Assembly: GCA_965217185.1 (NCBI GenBank)
Contig: OZ244252.1
Coordinates: 3,168,001-3,232,000 of the forward strand
Direction: 5' to 3'
Length of the DNA stretch: 64,000 bases
Source: an uncultured Candidatus Entotheonella sp.
GTDB lineage: Bacteria; Tectomicrobia; Entotheonellia; Entotheonellales; Entotheonellaceae
Position 1 is the stretch's first letter. Each line of letters begins with the position of its first letter. The translations under genes and the position numbers were made by a program. This document shows positions 31,440 through 41,582 of this stretch, piece after piece. The notes beneath the pieces are model-generated. The model searched no databases. It was not told the DNA's origin and saw only the letters and a list, made by a program, of their open reading frames with translations.

Positions 31440-31701
31440 GGTAGTGGCTCAGTTTGAAAAGACTGGCTCACGTGTTCCAGACGGGTTGCACGTTCGGTCA
31501 TCCGGCGCCGGTTTCCCCCTCACCCCGACCCTCTCCCGCCAGGGGAGAGGGGGAAACCCCCAGTCCGGCTCACCCCGCCCCTCTCCCACCAGGGGAGAGG
31601 GGGAGACCCCCAGTCCGGGTCCCCTCCCCCCTCCGTGGGGGAGGGCCAGGGAGAGGGGGAAGCATTGGTGTGAGAAGGAAATTTGAAAGTGAGCCACTAC
31701 C
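31440..31701 (+). mobile_element. MITE-like element, copy 2 (intact, 262 bp)
   Basis: TIRs GGTAGTGGCTCAGTTTGAAA / TTTGAAAGTGAGCCACTACC (18/20 match); internal CCCTCTCCC..GGGAGAGGG hairpins. Confidence 0.85.
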
Positions 31702-31716
31702 CGCGCCGCTGGCGGC

Positions 31717-31746
31717 TTGACACGCCAACGCCGAGCGCCGTATGCT
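31717..31746 (+). promoter_or_regulatory. Putative sigma70 promoter of hslO
   Basis: TTGACA-N18-TATGCT about 90 bp upstream of the gene. Confidence 0.55.
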
Positions 31747-31838
31747 GCGCCGCCGTTTCGCGGCACGGCCTGCTTGATTCCCACCGATGAAAGCCAACCG
31801 GACCAACACGATCAAAACCCAAGCCAGTGAGGTGCCCT

Positions 31839-32714
31839 TTGGATACGCTGACGAGCGTCATCGTTGCGAACGAACACATTTACGGCGTCGCCGCCGTCAC
31901 GACGGCGCTTGTGGAGAAGGCACGGGGCCTTCACGGCGCCTCGCCGACCGCCGCCGCGGCGCTGGGCCGGCTGCTGACGGGCGGCGTCCTGATGGGTTCG
32001 TTGCTGAAAGACGCCGCGCACCGCGTGACGCTGCAGGTGAGCAGCAAGGGGCCGGTGCGGAGTATTCTGGTGGAGGCAAACGGGGCGGGGCAGGTGCGGG
32101 GCTACCTGGGACAACCCGCCATCAACGTACCGTCACGCAACGGCAAGCTCGACGTCAGCGGCGCTGTGGGCAAAGGCATTCTGCACGTCATCCGGGAAAC
32201 CGGCGCCTCCGAACCATACAGTGGCACCGTGCCGTTGGTGTCCGGCGAAATCGCCGAGGACCTGGCGTCGTACTTCGTGCAGTCCGAGCAAATCCCCAGC
32301 GCCGTGTCCTTGGGCGTATTCGTCACCCCCGACCACACCGTGGCCGCCGCCGCCGGCTTCCTGGTGCAATTTCACGCCGACGTCGATGATGACCTGGTTG
32401 TTCACGTCGAGCAGGCCCTCGGCGCCGTACCGTCCGTCACCACCCTGGTGTGCGAGGGATACGGCCCGCAAGACATCCTGCGCCGTGCCCTCGGCGGCCT
32501 GGACCTTGACGTCGTCAAAGACGCCGCTCCCGCCTGGCACTGCGGCTGTTCCCAGGATCGCGTCGTCCGCGCCCTCCTCGCCTTGGGGCCGCAGCAACTC
32601 GGCCAACTCATCAGCGAGCAACCCGAAACCCAGGTCCGCTGCGAGTTTTGCACCACCGAGTACACGTTTTCACAGCAGGAATTGTCACAAATGATGGCGG
32701 ACGCGATGGCGTGA
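31839..32714 (+). CDS. hslO: Hsp33 redox-regulated chaperone
   Basis: AAALGRLLTG, SGEIAEDLASYFVQSEQIPS, C-terminal CGCS…CEFC zinc motif. TTG start after GAGGTG. Confidence 0.93.
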   Translation: MDTLTSVIVANEHIYGVAAVTTALVEKARGLHGASPTAAAALGRLLTGGVLMGSLLKDAAHRVTLQVSSKGPVRSILVEANGAGQVRGYLGQPAINVPSRNGKLDVSGAVGKGILHVIRETGASEPYSGTVPLVSGEIAEDLASYFVQSEQIPSAVSLGVFVTPDHTVAAAAGFLVQFHADVDDDLVVHVEQALGAVPSVTTLVCEGYGPQDILRRALGGLDLDVVKDAAPAWHCGCSQDRVVRALLALGPQQLGQLISEQPETQVRCEFCTTEYTFSQQELSQMMADAMA

Positions 32715-32725
32715 GAACGGAGCGC

Positions 32726-33766
32726 TCAGGATTCTTGGGGGGCGGTCACCTGCTCGGAGTCCGTGCTCGGAGCGGCAATTTGCAGGCTGGCCAGGCCGCC
32801 GGCGACCCTGCCGAGATGCGCGCGCAACTCGCTGCGGGAATTGTCGATCATCGTTAGCGCGCGGGAGAAGCGCCCGTCCAGCTCAGCCTGCATGGACGCA
32901 ATGCCGTCCTCGATGCTGCGCAGGCAGGCGTCGAGTTTCTGAGTATCGACCGTTTGCGCCGACCGCAGCACGGTCTGAAAAACGAGCAGCAGGTACGGCA
33001 CGACCATGCTGTAGCTGATCAGTACGACGTTCCACTGAAAGACGTCGGTCTGCACGCGGGTGCATAATTCGTAGACCGCATCGGGCACGGCGGCGATGCC
33101 GAAATTCACGGTCACGTTCGGGTCGATGTATTTTCTGACCTCCCTGGCCTTGTCCCGGACCGCGGCCTCGATGCGGGTCTTGACCCGCTGGCGCTCGTCC
33201 GGGTCTTCGGCAGCCAGAAACCGCTCGATGAGGTTTGTGGCCGGCCACTTGCTGTCGATGGGCAGCACGAGCCGGTTGGGCAACCGTAGCCCAAACTCGA
33301 CCGACTTGTTGCCCACCTGGAAATCCCGCACCTGCCACTCTGCCGGCAAGCGCGCGAACAGGGTTTCGAGGATGTTCTCCCCGGCGGCGCCCTTGCTCTG
33401 CGTGCCGGCGATGACGGCTTCGAGCCGCTTGATGGACTCGGCCGTCTGCTCTTCCAACCCCTGCCGGGCGTGGCTGTGCGTCTGAAGCTGGGCGACGCCC
33501 TCCTTGGCGTGCACGAGTTGATCGTGGATGACCGCCGTGGCGCTCATCAGCCGCGCCGTGGCGGAGTCCGTCTTCGCCAAACCGGTCCGCAGGTCGCCAA
33601 TGCCCTGATCTACGCGGACCTGGTTATGCTCCATGCCCGACACCCGCTCGTTCACCCCACGCAGTTCAAGCTGGACATTGTGCAGCGCCTTCAACACGAC
33701 CCACACGACTGCCAGCAGCACCGCGATCACCGCGGCCAGTCCTATCCCAAGCAGCGTTCCGTTCAT
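32726..33766 (-). CDS. rmuC: DNA recombination protein RmuC
   Basis: N-terminal TM, coiled coil, KGAAGE, LPIDSKWP nuclease-like motif, KYIDP. Confidence 0.85.
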   Translation of the reverse strand: MNGTLLGIGLAAVIAVLLAVVWVVLKALHNVQLELRGVNERVSGMEHNQVRVDQGIGDLRTGLAKTDSATARLMSATAVIHDQLVHAKEGVAQLQTHSHARQGLEEQTAESIKRLEAVIAGTQSKGAAGENILETLFARLPAEWQVRDFQVGNKSVEFGLRLPNRLVLPIDSKWPATNLIERFLAAEDPDERQRVKTRIEAAVRDKAREVRKYIDPNVTVNFGIAAVPDAVYELCTRVQTDVFQWNVVLISYSMVVPYLLLVFQTVLRSAQTVDTQKLDACLRSIEDGIASMQAELDGRFSRALTMIDNSRSELRAHLGRVAGGLASLQIAAPSTDSEQVTAPQES

Positions 33767-33797
33767 GAGCGTCCCTTAGTCAGTTCATTTCGATGAT

Positions 33798-34361
33798 TCA
33801 GCGTCCATTCCCGATCTGGTTGTTAATATACTGTTGCAGGTCGCCGAGGAATCCCTCCACGAATTCATCGGCCTTTTTATATGAGTCGAATATCTCTGCT
33901 GCTGTCATCGGGACGTTGAATTGGGCGAAATTCTGATGAACCAACTGGTTCCTGAGGCTTCCCAATTGGAGAAACGCGCTTATTGAGTCAGCCAGAGCAG
34001 GGTCGGCACGAACCCTGCCCTCCATAAACTCACGGAATGCAGCTCCAAAGGCCCCAAAGAATTGATTGGCGTTGCGTGCCTTCCAGTTAAACCATTGGTG
34101 GTAACGGCGCTCAATCGCCATGTTTCGCACAAACGAGACCAAGGCGTCGGAGTCATTGGTGCCGTCCAGAAAAGCCCGTTCAATTCCGTCGGTCATTCTG
34201 GTCTCAAAATAGCTCGCGACAGAAAGCAATAACGCCTTCACAAAAGCGGCTTCTGTTCTAATTTGTAAGGAAGTGTCGCCAGTCAATTGGAGGCAATCCA
34301 TCAACTCACGATGCTCGTTCATCATCCTCTCGATGGCATTTTCGGAATACGGCTCCGTCAT
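33798..34361 (-). CDS. HEPN-domain protein (RiboL-PSP/MAE_28990-like putative RNase)
   Basis: SYFE helix and RNQLVH (RX4H) motif; 187 aa; lower GC. Confidence 0.75.
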   Translation of the reverse strand: MTEPYSENAIERMMNEHRELMDCLQLTGDTSLQIRTEAAFVKALLLSVASYFETRMTDGIERAFLDGTNDSDALVSFVRNMAIERRYHQWFNWKARNANQFFGAFGAAFREFMEGRVRADPALADSISAFLQLGSLRNQLVHQNFAQFNVPMTAAEIFDSYKKADEFVEGFLGDLQQYINNQIGNGR

Positions 34362-34366
34362 TGCGT

Positions 34367-35563
34367 TTAGTCCACAATGAGGACGACGCTGGCCCGTGAT
34401 AATCGGGTTCGGACGCTTGCCGTGTCAGATGTTTTACTTTGAGTTGCCCCTCTGAAGTCTGGGTCCCCCTTCAAGTTCATTAGTGATTGGGCGTTGACCC
34501 TGCCGTTGATGGTTCCATGTCCCTCGTATGGCGTGGTGCAGGCAGCGACGAATACCGACTCGAAAATCATAGGGCTGAAGCGCCCTCGACTGCTATGAAA
34601 GGCATCCGATTTCAGGTGTTTGCAACTGTCAAGAAAGGACTGCAGTAACCGTTGCAACTGATTGAGATGTTTTTCGTTGAATGACTTGGCCTCTTGGGAA
34701 AAGCGATTCAAAAACTTAACCATTGAGGGCCGGTAAGTCTCTCCGCTGATCAGCATCGCAAAGCCCCGGAGGAGGATTTCTACATCCTTCATGTGGGTGT
34801 CAGGGATCTGCGCGCCAACCAGAGCCCTCCATTCTGGCTTCGTGTTCGTCCGATAGAGCATCTCGTAAAATTTGGAGTCATACATACACCGCCGGATTTC
34901 CTGCGGTCTTAAATTTACGCCGCCTGAATTCAGCCGGTTGAAAATTTCATACATGGCATCATCGCCTTTCGGATGTATCTGCTGAACGATAATGTTCCGG
35001 ATGGTGCGAAGATCGAAATGTGTTTGATATTCTTCGCCTAGACTGGAGTACCTCCCCCGGTGAAATCGGTTTGGCTGGCCGGGGGTATTTTTGGGCAAGG
35101 CGAGTCGGAAGTCGCTGAAATACTCGTCGTTCGAGAGAACCTCCGCTGGCATGTTGCTTCGTCCGTCGGAAAGCAACCGTAATTCAGCCAGTTTTTCTCT
35201 ACGAGGGAATCTTTCCTTCACGAAATAGTAGATGGACATCAACCGTTGCTGCCCGTCTATGACAAGGAACTTATTCCGGGCCTGTTCGTAAAGGAATACC
35301 TGGGGTATCGGAAGTCCAACGATAATGGACTCTATTAACCTAGACGCCCGCTTGACGTCCCAGACGTAGTTTCGTTGAAACCCCGGGATGATGACAACGC
35401 CCGAATCGATGAAGTCGACGAGCGTCTTGGTATTGAAGTCATTGGGTGATGACACCAAGTTATACTGGTCGATGGGATATGATCCATCCTCCGCATCGTC
35501 TTCGTCGTCGATGTCGGGTTCATACCGGTCTCTTTCTTCCTGTTCTGTTGTCGCAAGCGTCAT
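34367..35563 (-). CDS. DUF262 (ParB-like/GmrS-type) domain protein
   Basis: IPGFQRNYVW, VIDGQQRL and IFNRLNSGG signature motifs; lower GC. Confidence 0.9.
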   Translation of the reverse strand: MTLATTEQEERDRYEPDIDDEDDAEDGSYPIDQYNLVSSPNDFNTKTLVDFIDSGVVIIPGFQRNYVWDVKRASRLIESIIVGLPIPQVFLYEQARNKFLVIDGQQRLMSIYYFVKERFPRREKLAELRLLSDGRSNMPAEVLSNDEYFSDFRLALPKNTPGQPNRFHRGRYSSLGEEYQTHFDLRTIRNIIVQQIHPKGDDAMYEIFNRLNSGGVNLRPQEIRRCMYDSKFYEMLYRTNTKPEWRALVGAQIPDTHMKDVEILLRGFAMLISGETYRPSMVKFLNRFSQEAKSFNEKHLNQLQRLLQSFLDSCKHLKSDAFHSSRGRFSPMIFESVFVAACTTPYEGHGTINGRVNAQSLMNLKGDPDFRGATQSKTSDTASVRTRLSRASVVLIVD

Positions 35564-35837
35564 AATCGAATCCTTCTGGCTGGAGGGACTCCTTGCAAGG
35601 TTCCCCACTTGGTAGCTCCAACTCTCTTGCTCAGAGCGGCGCGGGTGGGCGCCTAAATCCGCTGTTGGCCGGTCCATTTGACAATTTCGACTAGATTAGC
35701 AGATTTTGAAATGACTGGCGTTCGTTGACGGGTGGGTATCCTCGTCAAAACTCGCTGGCAGGACAGAGCGCGGCTTTCGCCGTAACAATACGGGTTGATT
35801 TGATCGGGGTTTCAGGCTTTATGCCGCCTTCCCTGGA

Positions 35838-36461
35838 TTATACCGGGTCGATGTTCCAGTGATCGATGACCCACTGGTCGTGATACAGGCGAAAAAAACA
35901 CAGGGCACCAGTTGAAATTTTGATACCGTGCCGGTGCCTGAAGCCCTCGAAATCTCCCGTCAGATGCGGTGCGAAGCGGGCGATGCCGTTACTGGTTACA
36001 ACGAGCACCGTCTGGCCGCTGAAGGATTGGCGGCAGGCGTCCCCGAAGGCCAGCCAATCTTGGATGATGGCTTGCGGGTCAACCAGCCAGCCGGGCGGCG
36101 CTTTGGCGCGTTCGTTCCAGTCGCGGAGGGCCTGGTCGCCGATTCTGGCGACGACGGCGGATTCGGGCTGGTTCTCGTCGGAACCGTAGTCGATCTCGTT
36201 GAACCGCGCGTCGATGGTAATGGGCAGGTCACATCCCGCGGCTTCCACGGCGAGACGGGCGGTGTCGCAAGAGCGCTTCAGCGGCGCGGCGAACACCATG
36301 TCGGGCACCATTTGGTGACGGCGCAGATAGTCGCCGATGCGCTTGGCTTGCGCCTCGCCGCTTGCCACGAGTGGCAGGTTGGTGCGCCGGCCGACTCGTC
36401 TTGGGGTGTCGCCGGGGTCGAAGGTGTTGCCGTGCCGGGCGATGATCAGGCGGGTGGTCAT
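35838..36461 (-). CDS. Histidine phosphatase (phosphoglycerate mutase-like) family
   Basis: ARHGNT and FNEIDYG motifs. Confidence 0.85.
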   Translation of the reverse strand: MTTRLIIARHGNTFDPGDTPRRVGRRTNLPLVASGEAQAKRIGDYLRRHQMVPDMVFAAPLKRSCDTARLAVEAAGCDLPITIDARFNEIDYGSDENQPESAVVARIGDQALRDWNERAKAPPGWLVDPQAIIQDWLAFGDACRQSFSGQTVLVVTSNGIARFAPHLTGDFEGFRHRHGIKISTGALCFFRLYHDQWVIDHWNIDPV

Positions 36462-36465
36462 GGAG

Positions 36466-37281
36466 TCAATCCGCCAGCAACTCGCCGTGGCGGGCGATGA
36501 GTGCCTCGGCGCGGGCTACGTCCTCGGGGCTGTCCACACCGGACATGGCGGCGCGGCCCCGGTAATCAACCTGCACGACGCGGATGCCGTAGCCGTGCTC
36601 CAGAACCCGAAGCTGCTCCAATCCCTCAAGTTGCTCGTAGTATCCCGCCGGCAGCGTGACGTAGGTTTCCAGCATCTGGCGGCTGTAGCCATACAGCCCG
36701 ACGTGTCGGAGTACCGGGGATAAGGCCCCTTGCCGCCGCAGCGCTTCCTCATTCCGCATGGCCGGAATGATCTGCTTGGAAAACCACCGCGCGTTGCCAT
36801 GCGGGTCCACAATCACGCAGGTGCCGCTGAACGGCGTCTCGCGCTTCTGGGTCCGCAGCCGGTCCAGTTCCGGCCAGCTCAACCGCACCGCGGGTGTGAC
36901 CACCTCGATTGACGGGTCGGTCTCGAAAGCCCGCAGCATGGCGGCAATGAAATCGGGCGGCGTCAGCGGCGCGTCGCCCTGCAGATTGATCACCACGTCG
37001 TACGCCAGCGGCAGTTCCCGGAGCGCCGCCAGCGCCCGGTCCGTGCCGCTGGGGCAGGATGTCGGCGTCATCACCCACGGTGCCCCAATCTCCTCGCAAT
37101 GCGCGCCGATGCGGGCGTCGTCCGTCGCCACCACCACGTCGATGTTGCCGTTGTCCCGCGCCGCGGCGCGGGCGATATTGCACACCCGAGACAGCATTGT
37201 TTGCCCGGCGATGCGCGTCAGCGGCTTGCCCGGCAGGCGCGTCGATCCGTAACGGGCGGGGATGATCAGAATGGCTCGCAT
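36466..37281 (-). CDS. kdsB: 3-deoxy-manno-octulosonate cytidylyltransferase
   Basis: IPARYGSTRLPGKPL, SGTDR, NLQGD, HVGLYGY, LEQLR. Confidence 0.93.
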   Translation of the reverse strand: MRAILIIPARYGSTRLPGKPLTRIAGQTMLSRVCNIARAAARDNGNIDVVVATDDARIGAHCEEIGAPWVMTPTSCPSGTDRALAALRELPLAYDVVINLQGDAPLTPPDFIAAMLRAFETDPSIEVVTPAVRLSWPELDRLRTQKRETPFSGTCVIVDPHGNARWFSKQIIPAMRNEEALRRQGALSPVLRHVGLYGYSRQMLETYVTLPAGYYEQLEGLEQLRVLEHGYGIRVVQVDYRGRAAMSGVDSPEDVARAEALIARHGELLAD

Positions 37282-37391
37282 GTGCGGCGTCCTTTGGGAG
37301 GTGAGAAGCGGGCGCGGCCCGTTGTCTGGCGGGGCAGATATGCTACCATAACGGCTTTATCCGCAGTGCGTCCCGGATCGAGGGGTAAACC

Positions 37392-39101
<1,710 letters not shown>

Positions 39102-39122
39102 TTCGTGATTGAGGAGTCCTTC

Positions 39123-40577
39123 ATGACGCAGTCACAGGTGCGTGTCCGCATCGCGCCGAGCCCGACCGGCGCGCCGCACGTCGGCACCGCCTATATCGGG
39201 TTGTTCAACTACGTGTTCGCGCGCGTGCACGGCGGGCAGTGCGTCATCCGCATCGAGGACACGGACCAGGCGCGCTCGGAACGGCGCTACGAAGAAGACA
39301 TCCTGCGCTCCCTGCGCTGGGTCGGCCTGGCGTGGGACGAAGGACCGGACGTCGGTGGCGCTTACGGCCCCTACCGGCAGTCGGAACGCCTGCCCGTCTA
39401 CCGCGAACACGTGCAGCAGTTGCTCGACAGCGGCGCGGCGTACCGCTGCTGGTGCACGCCGGAACGCCTGGAAGCGGTGCGCCAGCAACAGCGGCAGGAC
39501 AAGGCGCCGATGCGCTATGACGGGCACTGCCGATACCTCACCGAGGCTGAGGCAAAGGCCCACGGCGACCAGCCCTCGGTGGTGCGTCTCAAGGTGCCGG
39601 AAGACGGCAGCACCGTGGTGCACGACGCGTTTCGCGACCCCATTACCATCGAGCACGGACAGATCGACGACCAGGTGCTGCTCAAATCCGACGGCTACCC
39701 CACCTACCACTTGGCCAACGTCGTAGATGACCACGTCATGGAAATCTCGCACGTCATCCGCGCCGAAGAGTGGATTTCTTCGACTCCCAAGCACCTCATG
39801 TTGTACCACGCCTTCGGCTGGGCGCCGCCGGTGTTCATGCACATGCCGCTGCTGCGCAACGCCGACCGCAGCAAGATCAGCAAGCGCAAGAATCCGGTGT
39901 CGCTGCGCTACTACGAGCGTCAGGGTTACCTGCCTGAGGCGCTGCTCAACTTCCTGGCGCTGATGGGGTGGTCGATGCCCGACGAGCGCGAGGTCTTCAC
40001 GCTGGCCGAGATGATCGAGTCGTTTTCGTTCGACCGCATCAGCCTGGGCGGGCCCGTTTTCGATCTGCAAAAACTGGAATGGCTGAACGGCATGTACATC
40101 CGCCAACTCTCGCCCGCGGCTCTGTCGGAGCGGCTCTTGGAAAACGCGCGTGCGAAGTCCCGGCTGTTGGACGACAACGCCTACGTGGACGCCATCACGC
40201 CGCTGCTGCAGGAGCGTCTGCGCACGCTGGGCGATTTCCAGGACATGGCGGCGTTCTTCTACGACACGCCGCTGGCCTACGACAAGGCTCTGTTGCTGCC
40301 CAAGGGCAGGAACCCGCGCGAGGCCGTCAAGGTGCTGACGGAGGTGGCCGAGGTACTGACGCGACACGCCGGCCCCTGGCAGGACGCGGAGCTGGAAGCC
40401 AGCGTGCGCGCGTACGTCGAGGGCGCCAAATGGCCGGGCCGCGACCTGTTCATGACCCTGCGGACCGCGGTAACCGGCCGCACCGCCTCGCCGCCTTTGT
40501 TTGCCACCATGCAGGTTCTGGGCAGGGACCTCTGCCTGTCCCGGCTCGAGGACGCCGTGGCCCTGCTGCAAAAATAG
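39123..40577 (+). CDS. gltX: Glutamate--tRNA ligase
   Basis: RIAPSPTG.PHVG, RIEDTD, PTYHLANVVDD, KISKR. Confidence 0.97.
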   Translation: MTQSQVRVRIAPSPTGAPHVGTAYIGLFNYVFARVHGGQCVIRIEDTDQARSERRYEEDILRSLRWVGLAWDEGPDVGGAYGPYRQSERLPVYREHVQQLLDSGAAYRCWCTPERLEAVRQQQRQDKAPMRYDGHCRYLTEAEAKAHGDQPSVVRLKVPEDGSTVVHDAFRDPITIEHGQIDDQVLLKSDGYPTYHLANVVDDHVMEISHVIRAEEWISSTPKHLMLYHAFGWAPPVFMHMPLLRNADRSKISKRKNPVSLRYYERQGYLPEALLNFLALMGWSMPDEREVFTLAEMIESFSFDRISLGGPVFDLQKLEWLNGMYIRQLSPAALSERLLENARAKSRLLDDNAYVDAITPLLQERLRTLGDFQDMAAFFYDTPLAYDKALLLPKGRNPREAVKVLTEVAEVLTRHAGPWQDAELEASVRAYVEGAKWPGRDLFMTLRTAVTGRTASPPLFATMQVLGRDLCLSRLEDAVALLQK

Positions 40578-40594
40578 GGGCCGGAAGAACAGGC

Positions 40595-41509
40595 ATGAGC
40601 ACCACCTTCGGCATCACCTTTCTCGGCACCTCCGCCGCCGTTCCCACCGTGAAGCGCAACGTCTCCGCCACCCTGGTGACGTATCGGGATTTGAAGTGGC
40701 TGATCGACTGCGGCGAGGGCACACAGCGGCAGATCACGCGGGCGGGCAACGGCTTCAAGAACCTCACGCACGTCTTTCTGAGCCACGAGCACCTGGACCA
40801 CATCCTCGGCATGGGCGGGCTTCTGGCGACCTTCAACATGCTGCAGCCGGTCAAGCGGCTGGCAGTTTACGGCAATCCTGCGACCCTCGGCCGGGTGCGC
40901 CAGATGGCCGGCTTCATCGGCCGCTCGCTGCAGTACGATCTGCAATGGCACGAGATCAGCGAGGGACTGATCTACACGCACCGCCAGCTCGACTGTTATG
41001 CCTTCGCAACGAAGCATCGGGTCAAGCGGTCATACGGCTTTGTGTTCCAGGAGAAGCCCCGGCGTCGGTTTCAGCCCGAAGCCGCCGAACGTCTCGGCAT
41101 TCCCCCCGGACCGGAACGGCGCCGGTTGCTCGCCGGCGAAAGCCTGCGCGGCGCCAACGGGCAGATCGTGCGGCCCGACGACGTGCTGGGGCCGGAAGAG
41201 CCCGGCAAGAAGCTCGTTTACGTCAGCGATTCGATGTATTTCGATGGGCTAACAGAGGCGGCGGCCGGTGCCCATTGCCTGATCAGCGAGGCCACCTTTT
41301 TGCAGGCGGATGCGGAGTTGGCCGCCGAAGTCGGCCACATGACCGCCGCGCAGGCCGCCAGCGTGGCACGCGACGCTGGCGTGGAGGTGCTGTATTTGAA
41401 CCATCTGTCGCAGCGTTACGCGCAGGCCGAGCACCTGTTTCTTGAAGAAGCACGGCGGATTTTCCCGAACACGCATCTCGCCAATGATCTGGAGAGCATC
41501 ACGGTGTAA
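40595..41509 (+). CDS. rnz: Ribonuclease Z
   Basis: FLGTSAAVP, DCGEGTQRQ, SHEHLDH (MBL motif), exosite GIPPGP, EATF, NHLSQRY. Confidence 0.93.
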   Translation: MSTTFGITFLGTSAAVPTVKRNVSATLVTYRDLKWLIDCGEGTQRQITRAGNGFKNLTHVFLSHEHLDHILGMGGLLATFNMLQPVKRLAVYGNPATLGRVRQMAGFIGRSLQYDLQWHEISEGLIYTHRQLDCYAFATKHRVKRSYGFVFQEKPRRRFQPEAAERLGIPPGPERRRLLAGESLRGANGQIVRPDDVLGPEEPGKKLVYVSDSMYFDGLTEAAAGAHCLISEATFLQADAELAAEVGHMTAAQAASVARDAGVEVLYLNHLSQRYAQAEHLFLEEARRIFPNTHLANDLESITV

Positions 41510-41582
41510 GAAGCGCAGGCACGTCAGCCGGCGCCGCATACCTTAAACGTAAACCATGTTCCCGGTTTAATCTGTAAAGGAT

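Noticed and set aside
35615..35675. attC-like site upstream of the DUF262 gene (GCCAAC…GTTGG on the minus strand)
   Set aside because: Poor internal pairing, and no integrase or second attC was seen.
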